NCBI GenBank assembly: GCA_039588295.1
Contig: JBDHAB010000050.1
Coordinates: 1 to 22,936, forward strand
Length of the DNA: 22,936 nt
Direction of reading: 5' to 3'
Origin: Gemmatimonadota bacterium
Lineage (GTDB): Bacteria > Gemmatimonadota > Gemmatimonadetes > Gemmatimonadales > GWC2-71-9
Notes under the pieces: model-generated
Told to the model about the DNA's origin: nothing
Seen by the model: the letters and a program-made list of their open reading frames with translations, nothing else
The model's database searches: none
Shown: positions 1 to 7,959 of the stretch, in pieces
Position numbering within the stretch: position 1 is the stretch's first letter
Layout of the letters: the number at the start of each line of letters is the position of its first letter
Position numbers and translations under genes: made by a program

Positions 1-1
1 C

Positions 2-748
2 TCGCTGGTCGGCCTTTTTCGGCTCGAGGCAGGGGCCAACACGTTCGGCTCGGCCGCGGACAACGACTTCGTCTTTCCGGAGAAGGCGCCGGCGCAGGCC
101 GGCGTGCTGCGCCTGGACGGCGAAGTCGTCACCGTCGAGCCGGCCGGCGGCGCCGGCATCACAGTGGGCGGCAAGCCGATCGGCCGGATGGCGCTCGCGA
201 GCGACACCACCGGCGCCCCCACGGTGCTCGAAATGGGCTCGCTACGCCTCTACGTCATCGCCCGCCCCAGCGGCCTCTTCGTGCGCCTCAAGGACCGCGA
301 GGCGCCGTTGATCGCGAGTTTCGATGGCATCGAACGGTACCCCGTGCGCGAGAAGTACCGCGTGGTCGCGCGCTTCGAGCCCTACGAACCGCCCAAGATG
401 CTCACCATTCCCAACATCATGGGCTACGAGTCCATCGAGGCGTGTCCGGGCGCGCTCGTCTTCACGCTGGACGGGCAGACGTACCGCCTCGAGCCCACGG
501 TGTCCGGCGACGAATTCTTCGTCGTTTTCGGCGACGAGACGAGCGGCATGGAGACCTACGGCGGCGGCCGCTACATCTACACCGCCATGCCCGACGGCGA
601 GAGCCGCGTGATCCTCGACTTCAACCGGGCCTACAATCCGCCCTGCATATTCACCCATTTCGCCACCTGTGCGCTGCCGCACGCGGACAACATCCTCCCG
701 ATTCGCATCGAGGCGGGCGAGAAGGTCTGGGGAGAGGCGTCCCACTAG
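2..748 (+). CDS. DUF1684 domain protein (5' end lies outside the window)
   Basis: The frame is open from base 2 (SLVGLFRLEAGANTFGSAADND...). It carries the typical DUF1684 C-terminal motifs 'F.D.TSG.ETYGGGRY', 'LDFNRAYNPPC.F...ATC.LP...N.LP.RIEAGEK'. The ORF track start at 104 is internal. Confidence 0.9.
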   Translation, partial: SLVGLFRLEAGANTFGSAADNDFVFPEKAPAQAGVLRLDGEVVTVEPAGGAGITVGGKPIGRMALASDTTGAPTVLEMGSLRLYVIARPSGLFVRLKDREAPLIASFDGIERYPVREKYRVVARFEPYEPPKMLTIPNIMGYESIEACPGALVFTLDGQTYRLEPTVSGDEFFVVFGDETSGMETYGGGRYIYTAMPDGESRVILDFNRAYNPPCIFTHFATCALPHADNILPIRIEAGEKVWGEASH

Positions 749-784
749 GGCGCTCCGCGCCTGTTTGGGCTGCAGAGACAGATT

Positions 785-819
785 CGCCCGGCTCGGGTCG
801 TACAACCACGGGCCGGGCG
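785..819 (+). terminator. Stem-loop downstream of the DUF1684 gene, possible intrinsic terminator
   Basis: cgcccggctcg (785-795) pairs with cgggccgggcg (809-819), 11 bp with one G-U pair, plus an inner ggt/acc stem. It is followed only by a weak 'tctct' tail. Confidence 0.45.
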
Positions 820-947
820 TCTCTGCATAACCCCTTGCGCCCCCGATTGTACCATGGCAGTTCGTGGCGTCAAGACGCCATTTTCGAGACCGGCCCCGCC
901 GCGGGCCGCTGGCGGGCGGACTCGAGGCGGGCCGGCGAAGTGCGGCG

Positions 948-975
948 TTGCCTTTCGGAGCCGCTCCCCTATAAT
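948..975 (+). promoter_or_regulatory. Putative sigma70 promoter for the Na/Pi symporter-phoU pair
   Basis: TTGCCT (948-953), 16-nt spacer, then a perfect TATAAT (970-975) in a GC-rich context. GGAGG follows at 991-995. Confidence 0.6.
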
Positions 976-1032
976 GGGGGGCCTGGACCGGGAGGGTCGG
1001 CTTTCAAACGTCTGCCTTGGAACCATCCGCTG

Positions 1033-2091
1033 GTGCGCGTCGGCGTGCTGCTGGGGTTGCTCTACGTCTTCTTCCTCAGCATTTCGCTCATGGGTGCGTC
1101 GTTCAAGTTCTTCGGCAAGGACTTCGCCGCGCAGCTCATCGAGACGACTTCCAGCCCCTTCGTCGGGCTGTTCATCGGCATTTTCGCCACCAGCCTGGTG
1201 CAGAGCTCCTCGACGACGACGTCCATGACGGTGGGGCTGGTGGCGGGGGGGGTGCTCGACGTAACGCACGCGGTGCCGATCGTGCTCGGGGCAAACATCG
1301 GCACCAGCGTCACCAACACCCTGGTGTCCGTGGGTCACATCTCGCGGCCGGAGGAGTTCCGGCGCGCCTTCGCCGCGGCTACTGTGCACGACTTTTTCAA
1401 CCTGATCTCCGTCCTCATTCTGTTCCCGTTGCAGCTGTGGACCAATTTCCTGGGGCGGGCATCGACGGCCATGGCGGAACGCTTTGCCAATATCGGAGGA
1501 TTGGCGCTGCTCGATCCGGTGAAGACCGTCACCAAACCGGCGGTGGCGTGGGTTACGGAGGTCAGCGGTCAGTCGGGCGTGATCATGCTGCTCGTGTCGG
1601 TCGTGCTCCTCTTCATTGCGCTTCGCTACCTGGTGGTAACACTGCGGGCACTGGTGATCGGCCGCGTCGAGTCGTTCTTCAGCGAGACGCTGTTCCGCAG
1701 CGCCTGGAGCGCCCTGGCCCTGGGGCTGGTGCTCACCATCATGGTCCAGAGCAGCTCGATCACGACGTCGCTGGCCGTGCCCCTGGCGGGCGCCGGCATC
1801 CTGACGCTCGAGCAGATCTTCCCCATGACCATGGGCGCCAACGTGGGCACGACGGTCACGGCCATCCTGGCCTCGCTGGTGACGGGCAGCGTGGCGGCGG
1901 TATCGGTGGCGTTTGCGCACCTCCTCTTCAATATGTGCGGCATCATCATCATCTGGCCGGTGCGGCGCCTGCCGCTGATGCTGGCGCGGTTAGTTGCCAC
2001 GCTGGCGCTCCGGCGCAAGGTGGTGCCGCTGGTGTATATTCTCGTCGTGTTCTACATGATTCCCCTCCTACTCATCACGTTGATGGGGTGA
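1033..2091 (+). CDS. Na+/phosphate symporter (Na_Pi_cotrans, NptA/NaPi-II-like); start codon uncertain
   Basis: Two inverted-repeat signature motifs, 'VQSSSTTTS...GANIGTSVT' and 'VQSSSITTS...GANVGTTVT', plus 'AFAAATVHDFFN' and many TM segments. The track ORF from 442 overlaps DUF1684 and its N-terminal part is not credible. In-frame start candidates are GTG 940, CTG 1012 and GTG 1033. Confidence 0.9.
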   Translation: MRVGVLLGLLYVFFLSISLMGASFKFFGKDFAAQLIETTSSPFVGLFIGIFATSLVQSSSTTTSMTVGLVAGGVLDVTHAVPIVLGANIGTSVTNTLVSVGHISRPEEFRRAFAAATVHDFFNLISVLILFPLQLWTNFLGRASTAMAERFANIGGLALLDPVKTVTKPAVAWVTEVSGQSGVIMLLVSVVLLFIALRYLVVTLRALVIGRVESFFSETLFRSAWSALALGLVLTIMVQSSSITTSLAVPLAGAGILTLEQIFPMTMGANVGTTVTAILASLVTGSVAAVSVAFAHLLFNMCGIIIIWPVRRLPLMLARLVATLALRRKVVPLVYILVVFYMIPLLLITLMG

Positions 2092-2097
2092 TCGGCC

Positions 2098-2772
2098 ATG
2101 TTCAATTTCAGAGAACTGATAGAGCTGTGGCGGAGTGACAACCTGCTCACGCAGGCGCTCAACGACTCGTACGCGATGTTGGACACCACGCGCGACATGT
2201 TCCGCGCGTCCGTGCGCTCGCTGCGCTCTAGCGACAACGGCGAAATGGGTGTCGACGTCTACAAGATGGATCAGCAGGTAAACCAGTACGAGCGGGAAGT
2301 TCGTCGCAAGGTGCTCAAGCACCTCGCCATCACCGGCGGCCTCAACATCATCCCGGGGCTGATCCTCACCAGCATCGTGATCGACGTGGAGCGCATCGGC
2401 GACTACACCAAGAACATCAAGGATCTCGCCGTCGTGCACCCCAAGAAGCTCATGTGCGGGAAGCACGAGGCTGACATCGCGCGCATCGAGCCGGCGGTGA
2501 GCGCACTATTCGACGAAATCATCCCCGCCGTCAAGACCACCGACAAAGAGAGCGCGCGCAAGACCGTCGAGGAAAACTGGTGGATCGTGAAGACGTGCGA
2601 CGAGATCCTCAACAGCCTCATCAGCGACGAAAACTCAGGAATGAGCTCGAGCGACGCGGTGGCCACCGGTCTCTACGCGCGCTACCTCAAGCGCGTAGCC
2701 GCCCACCTGATGAACATCGCTACCAGTGTCGTCAACCCCTTCGAGGGCATCGGCTTCCACCGCGACGCGTGA
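2098..2772 (+). CDS. phoU: PhoU-family phosphate transport regulator
   Basis: Two helical PhoU repeats with 'D..VN.YE.E.R', 'D.ERIGDY.KNI' and 'RYLKRVAAH..NIA'. It starts 6 nt after the symporter stop. Confidence 0.85.
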   Translation: MFNFRELIELWRSDNLLTQALNDSYAMLDTTRDMFRASVRSLRSSDNGEMGVDVYKMDQQVNQYEREVRRKVLKHLAITGGLNIIPGLILTSIVIDVERIGDYTKNIKDLAVVHPKKLMCGKHEADIARIEPAVSALFDEIIPAVKTTDKESARKTVEENWWIVKTCDEILNSLISDENSGMSSSDAVATGLYARYLKRVAAHLMNIATSVVNPFEGIGFHRDA

Positions 2773-2818
2773 CGCCCTTGACATCGAACGGGCGGATGGG
2801 TCGCAGCCAACGCCGCCC

Positions 2819-3997
2819 TCATCGATCCGGAAACCTCCTGCGTATCTCGGCTGGCACCGGGCCGTGGGCCTCCCAGTTCTTGAACCCGAGACGGTCATTG
2901 ACGTCGAGCCACGACGGCTGCTGGTGCCCGCGAAGGTAATCCAGGTCGAGAATCGGCATGGGTAGCTCGATCTCGCGCAGGTCGTCCACGTTGATGTCGG
3001 GCAGCACGGGCAATCGCAGTCGCAACCCCGGAATGTAGAGGCGTAACCCGACGAGTGGCGTGGACGGAAGATCCAGGGCAAGCTCGGGCGCCGGCGTCGC
3101 TGACGAAGCGGCCACTGCGTAGCGCATCCCCGCCGAACGCGCCACTCGCCAGGTGTCGGGCGGCGACACCCAAAACATATAGGCGGTGGGCTGATGCGTC
3201 CCCCATTTGCGCAGCCAGGCGCCCTCGATGTCGTGCACGAGGAACCACTCGAACGGCGCGGGCGGCCCGTCGGATCGCGTGTACTCGACCTTGAAGGTGT
3301 GGTGAGGTGCGATGAGAATCTCAACTTCGTCATCCGATCCGGTCGGAAAGTTCACGCGGAGCACGCGGCGCTTTTGCCCACTGATTTTGACGTCCCTCAC
3401 GCACCACCGCAGCTGCTTGCCGCCGTGACCGGCGACGCCTTTGAGCTTTTCATCCACGCGGTAGCGCATGCACACGCGGCCCATGCCGAGACGTACGCGC
3501 TCGAGGCGCGCCCCGATGAAGAGATTCACATCGGAGTAGCGCAGGTAGAGATCGTGCAGCGTGGCCCCGTCCGCTTCGTACACGCGATAGGGGTCGCAGG
3601 CGAGTCGGACGAGGTCGCGGTAGGCATTGATCGTGCTGATCCGCGCCAACAGATGCGCTGTCTCGAGTGCCTTCTCCTCCTCCGGCGGCCCGTAGCAACC
3701 GGCCCGCAGGAGAGAATCGATCCGTGCAAACTGCCTGGCGTTGAACGACGTATGCCTGCGCGCCATCGAATGGAGCGACGCCGCGGAGAGTGGTATCACC
3801 GACACTTTCAGATCCGGCGCGCAAAGCGGACAACGGTCGGAAGTGGCGGCTGCCTGCAATCTCGACTCGTAACCGGTCACCGCGATCGCCGTCGAGGCAA
3901 TCACGAGCAACGTGGCGCTTCGTCGCAGCACCTGCCCGCCCCGCGTTCTCTCGCGAACCTTCGCGGCCGGCATATGGTTTGATCGAATCCTTTTCAT
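2819..3997 (-). CDS. Hypothetical exported protein (392 aa), last gene of the putative four-gene operon
   Basis: SD AAGGGAG precedes the ATG, 27 nt after the VTT gene stop. It has a basic N-terminus and hydrophobic stretch (LRRSATLLVIASTAIAVTG) followed by a CPLC motif. No family recognised. Confidence 0.7.
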   Translation of the reverse strand: MKRIRSNHMPAAKVRERTRGGQVLRRSATLLVIASTAIAVTGYESRLQAAATSDRCPLCAPDLKVSVIPLSAASLHSMARRHTSFNARQFARIDSLLRAGCYGPPEEEKALETAHLLARISTINAYRDLVRLACDPYRVYEADGATLHDLYLRYSDVNLFIGARLERVRLGMGRVCMRYRVDEKLKGVAGHGGKQLRWCVRDVKISGQKRRVLRVNFPTGSDDEVEILIAPHHTFKVEYTRSDGPPAPFEWFLVHDIEGAWLRKWGTHQPTAYMFWVSPPDTWRVARSAGMRYAVAASSATPAPELALDLPSTPLVGLRLYIPGLRLRLPVLPDINVDDLREIELPMPILDLDYLRGHQQPSWLDVNDRLGFKNWEAHGPVPAEIRRRFPDR

Positions 3998-4024
3998 GAC
4001 AATCTCCCTTGGCTCGCCCCGACT

Positions 4025-4618
4025 TCACAGGGCGATGATTCCTGCTCCCAGCGACGCGTAAATGATTGAGCCTGGCAACGCACCGATGACGATGCTCAAA
4101 ATGTGAACGGGTAGCGGTACACGGTGTGATCCGGCGATGAGATTCGCCAGATTGCACCCCACGCAGGGAACGACTCGCATGACGATCAGCGAACGCAGAT
4201 CGGCGCGGGCGAAGCGCCGCGCCCAGGGCGGCAGGCCCTGCATCCGCTCGCGGATCTGGAAATCGTGTTGGCCACGACGCCACACGTAGTAGAGAGCGAC
4301 GCCCCCGAGCACGGCGCCAGACAGATTGAGAAATACGGCCAGTAACAGGGGGAACAACATGCCATTTAGAATGGGAATCACGCTCGAGCCCATGGGGGTC
4401 ATCGCCATGCTCCCCTGCACCAGTACGACGACAAACGGCGCCACGATCCCCCAGGCACGGATGGTGCTTCCGGGGTCGGCCTGCGAGCCGAGCCACACTT
4501 TGCTCGCAACACTCATTGTCACAAGCGTTGCCAGTTGCCAGAAGAATGGCGCGCGGATGACGGGCATGACGACCTGCCGCACGGTATGTCTTTGCCGGTA
4601 GTTTTGAAGCGCGTCCAT
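4025..4618 (-). CDS. DedA superfamily VTT-domain (TVP38/TMEM64, SNARE_assoc) membrane protein
   Basis: SD GGGAGG upstream. Hydrophobic 197-aa protein with 'P.....I..LNG.LF', 'GA.LGG.ALYY..R', 'R.VP.....AN..AG' and 'IGALPG.IIYA.LG', the VTT/TVP38 pattern. Confidence 0.85.
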   Translation of the reverse strand: MDALQNYRQRHTVRQVVMPVIRAPFFWQLATLVTMSVASKVWLGSQADPGSTIRAWGIVAPFVVVLVQGSMAMTPMGSSVIPILNGMLFPLLLAVFLNLSGAVLGGVALYYVWRRGQHDFQIRERMQGLPPWARRFARADLRSLIVMRVVPCVGCNLANLIAGSHRVPLPVHILSIVIGALPGSIIYASLGAGIIAL

Positions 4619-4656
4619 TGCTGTACCTCCCGCCAGGCTCCGTGGCGAGCCTCGAT

Positions 4657-7600
4657 CTACCCCGCGGCGACCGCAAGGGTCCGGTTAGCGGCCAGCTCCT
4701 CGCGATGCCGGCGGAGAAAGTAATCGATCGTTTCGACACGAATCTTGATCGATCCGGACGATTTGTTTTCGTCGAGATCCTTGAAGCTGAAGTACGGCGT
4801 TCCGGAGCTCTCCACAATGGCCTCGACGGCCGAGTAGATCGGCGCGTCGTGCCCACATCGAAAGCTCGAGACCTCGAGCGCAATCAGGTTGGGATGTCGG
4901 GCCGCAAACTTCGCCGCCCACAGCTTCTGATTCGATACGGAATTGAAAGTGTTCTTCCACACGTCCGAAATATCGAGCGGATGAGCAATGACCCCTGCCT
5001 TCACCTCTTCCCCGAACAAGCGGCTCATCGTGTCGCCGTCGATCGGCAGGCTGTCGGACGTAAAGATGGGATAGCCCCGCTTCTGAAGCTCGCGAAGGAT
5101 GTCGTGGTTGATGCCGGGGTCGCTGTGATAGGGCCTACCGAGGAGTACGATACCCACCTGGTTTTCCATTTCCAGGCGCCGAAGGACCACGCCCGCTCTC
5201 TGTCGCATGTTTTCCTTGTACCGGGCGAGAGCCGCGTAGCCGGCCCCAACCGCGCGGGCGTTTTCCTTTCTCGATAGCCCGAGAAGCCCCGCGAGCTGGT
5301 CGTACATCTGCCGCTCGATGCCCTTCTCCGCAAACGTGTCGCCGTCCCGACTGAATGCCGCTCGCACCGCCGTCGCACTCGCCGTGATGGTGGGACATAC
5401 CCGGCACGCCCGGGTGTTAACGAGATCCGTGGGAAGGTCGTCGAGCATGGGGAAAATGATTGCGTCGAGCGGCTGCTTCCTGTGCTTCTCGAAAATCAAG
5501 TTGTGCACGTGGGCGATGCCGAGTTTGCTCGGGAAGCACGGGTCGATCGACGCTCGCGTGCTGCCCTCGCGGTAGAGCTTTGCGGTGGTGTTATCGGAGA
5601 AGACGATGTTCTTGTGGGCCACACCGAGACTCTCGAAGTATGCGGTCAGGAGAGGCGCCGCCGCGTAAACGTTCAGTACGCGCGGAATCCCGATGCGGAG
5701 AGTTTCGCGCTTCCGCCTGGTCCGCGTGCGCTCCCGAGCCCCACGCGTGAGGGCGATTCGCGGCACTCGCTCGGAGACGATCTCCGGCTCGAAGCTCTTG
5801 AATGCCTCTTTGGCCGCAATAGCGGGGAAGTTGTCCGTGCGACGCAGGACGTCGTTCAGCTGGTCCGCAATCGCGCGAACCTGTTTGGGATCCTCGGCCG
5901 CCCCTTTCTCGCAGGCGTTACCCGTGATCAGCCGCCGCGCTCCGTCCTGCGCCGACTCGGTCTCCATGTCGATGAATGTGCGCTGGCAGTGATTGTTACA
6001 GAAGGGACAGATCGTCTGCTCGCTCGTCGTTGCCGCGTAGGTCATCCGCTCGACCACGTCGAAGCCGATGAAGCTGGTCTTTCGGCCCTGCTCCCACAGC
6101 CGGATCGACTCCATCGCCGCGCCAATCGCGCCGCTCTCGCCGCAGTGCTCGTGGACGACGATGTTGGGCTCCTGTCCCGCGCTTCGTTTCTTCGATCGAA
6201 TGAAATCGACCTGCGCCTTGACGGCGGCGAGATTCCGCTGGGTGCCTCCCTGAAGAACGAACGTCCGGCCGAGGTGGGAGAAATTCGCGATTTGCGCGAC
6301 GTAGAGCCAGATGTTCTTGGGGAGGATCGCCGCCAGACCCGCCATGATCTCGGCGGGCTTCCATCCCTGTCGCTGAAAGTTCACGATGTCGGACTGCAGG
6401 AACACGGCACACCCATAGCTGAACTCGGGCATCTTCTCGGCGCCGAACGCGACCTCGGCGTATTGCTCCACGGGCACCCCGAAGTCCTTGGCGACGTTCT
6501 GCAGGAAATATCCGTTTCCGGCTGAGCACTGCGTGTTGAGCTTGAAATCTTTCACTTTCCCGTTCTGCAGGATCATGATCTTGATGTCCTGCCCCCCGAC
6601 GTCGCAAATGACATCGACGTCGCGATAGAGGTGCATTGCCGAGGCCGCGTGAGCCACGGTCTCTACGATAGCCACGTCTGCGCAGAGAATGTCCTTGAGC
6701 GCATCCTTCGCGTACCCCGTCACGCCCACACCGCGCACAACGAGATGCGCGCCGGTGGACTCGACGGGCGCTCGCAGCCGCTCGAATATCCGCTTCGTGT
6801 CGTCGATTGGATTTCCACTGCAAAGCTCGTAGGCCTTTGCCAGCACCTCCCTGCGCGGATTGAGAAGCACCGCTTTCGTGGAGGTGGAACCGCCGTCGAG
6901 CCCGACGAAAACCTCGACCCGCTCGCCCTGCTTGAAGGCGCGGGGAACGAACGGTTTCTTGCGGTAGGTCTCTTTGAATGCCTCCAGCTCCTCGGCCGAC
7001 CGTACGAGACCTTGCGCGAGCGCGCGGCTGGTCTGGGCCTTTCGTCCCGCCAGAAAGCGCTCGAGCTTCTTCCAACCCGTGTACGGTCGCGCGACGTCGT
7101 CCGCCCCGTCGTCGGCCTCGATCGCCCCCAGGGCGGCGAAGTACTGCGCCTTGTCGGGCACGCTGATGAGCGACCTGGGATCGACCCCCTCGGGCAGCGG
7201 GTATCCCCTTTCTTCCCACGTCCGGGGAATGTTGGCCCGCCAAGCCTCCTGCATTCCGCGGATGTAGGTGTTGGGCCCGCCGAGGAGAAGAACGTGCGGG
7301 CGAAGCGTGTGGCCCCTCGTGAGCACGGAGAGGTTCTGTCCCACGATGGCCTGGAACAGACTCGCCATGAGCTGGTCGTTGGGAATTCCCTGCACCTTGA
7401 GGCTGTTGACGTCGGTCTCGGCAAACACACCGCACTTCCCGGCAACGTGGTGCAGCTTGAGACCGTCGTAGCCCTGCTTGGAGAGCTCTTCGGGCCGGAT
7501 GCCGAGTTTCGCGCTGATCTTGTCGAGCACGGCGCCCGTCCCTCCCGCGCACTTGTCATTCATGCTGGGGATCTTTTTCTTGCATCCGCTCTTGGGATCG

Positions 7601-7959
7601 TCCTTGAAGATGATGATTTTTGCGTCCTGGCCACCGAGCTCGACGACGGAACCCACTTCCGGATAGCGATTCTCGACGGCCACCGAGACGGCGTTCACCT
7701 CCTGGACAAACCTGGCGCCAACCAGGCCTTCCAGCGCGCGCGCGCCGCTCCCGGTGGCCGCGACCGTGATCTGCTCGTCGGCGACGTCGGGAAAGTCGTC
7801 CTCGATTCGCTTGAGGAACTCGAGAACCTTTTCCAGCTGCCGCGTCTCGTGACGCTGGCAGTCCTGCCAGAGGAGTTTTCCCGATGCGGCGTCGGTGACG
7901 ACCGCCTTTACCGTGGTGGATCCAACGTCCAGTCCCAGTTTCAGAGTGATCTCATTCAT
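4657..7959 (-). CDS. CoA-substrate-specific enzyme activase with two BcrAD_BadFG ATPase domains plus DUF2229/reductase-type C-terminus (PlsA/Ger-like architecture)
   Basis: Two ASKHA modules: 'GLDVGSTTVK...ELGGQDAK...NDKCAGGTG...KCGVFAETD' and 'GLDGGSTSTK...DVGGQDIK...NTQCSAGNG...GCAVFLQSD'. These are followed by 'CPFCNNHC...GNACEKG', 'IGIPRVLN', 'DPCFPSK', 'GRPYH.DPGINH.I' and 'SSFRCGHDA'. Start taken as ATG 7959 (SD GAGGTG), overlapping the upstream stop. Confidence 0.9.
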   Translation of the reverse strand: MNEITLKLGLDVGSTTVKAVVTDAASGKLLWQDCQRHETRQLEKVLEFLKRIEDDFPDVADEQITVAATGSGARALEGLVGARFVQEVNAVSVAVENRYPEVGSVVELGGQDAKIIIFKDDPKSGCKKKIPSMNDKCAGGTGAVLDKISAKLGIRPEELSKQGYDGLKLHHVAGKCGVFAETDVNSLKVQGIPNDQLMASLFQAIVGQNLSVLTRGHTLRPHVLLLGGPNTYIRGMQEAWRANIPRTWEERGYPLPEGVDPRSLISVPDKAQYFAALGAIEADDGADDVARPYTGWKKLERFLAGRKAQTSRALAQGLVRSAEELEAFKETYRKKPFVPRAFKQGERVEVFVGLDGGSTSTKAVLLNPRREVLAKAYELCSGNPIDDTKRIFERLRAPVESTGAHLVVRGVGVTGYAKDALKDILCADVAIVETVAHAASAMHLYRDVDVICDVGGQDIKIMILQNGKVKDFKLNTQCSAGNGYFLQNVAKDFGVPVEQYAEVAFGAEKMPEFSYGCAVFLQSDIVNFQRQGWKPAEIMAGLAAILPKNIWLYVAQIANFSHLGRTFVLQGGTQRNLAAVKAQVDFIRSKKRSAGQEPNIVVHEHCGESGAIGAAMESIRLWEQGRKTSFIGFDVVERMTYAATTSEQTICPFCNNHCQRTFIDMETESAQDGARRLITGNACEKGAAEDPKQVRAIADQLNDVLRRTDNFPAIAAKEAFKSFEPEIVSERVPRIALTRGARERTRTRRKRETLRIGIPRVLNVYAAAPLLTAYFESLGVAHKNIVFSDNTTAKLYREGSTRASIDPCFPSKLGIAHVHNLIFEKHRKQPLDAIIFPMLDDLPTDLVNTRACRVCPTITASATAVRAAFSRDGDTFAEKGIERQMYDQLAGLLGLSRKENARAVGAGYAALARYKENMRQRAGVVLRRLEMENQVGIVLLGRPYHSDPGINHDILRELQKRGYPIFTSDSLPIDGDTMSRLFGEEVKAGVIAHPLDISDVWKNTFNSVSNQKLWAAKFAARHPNLIALEVSSFRCGHDAPIYSAVEAIVESSGTPYFSFKDLDENKSSGSIKIRVETIDYFLRRHREELAANRTLAVAAG

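Noticed and set aside
442..939. N-terminal ~165 aa of the 549-aa track ORF
   Set aside because: It overlaps the DUF1684 gene in another frame, is Arg/Pro-rich, and crosses a hairpin. It is read-through of GC-rich sequence, not part of the symporter.
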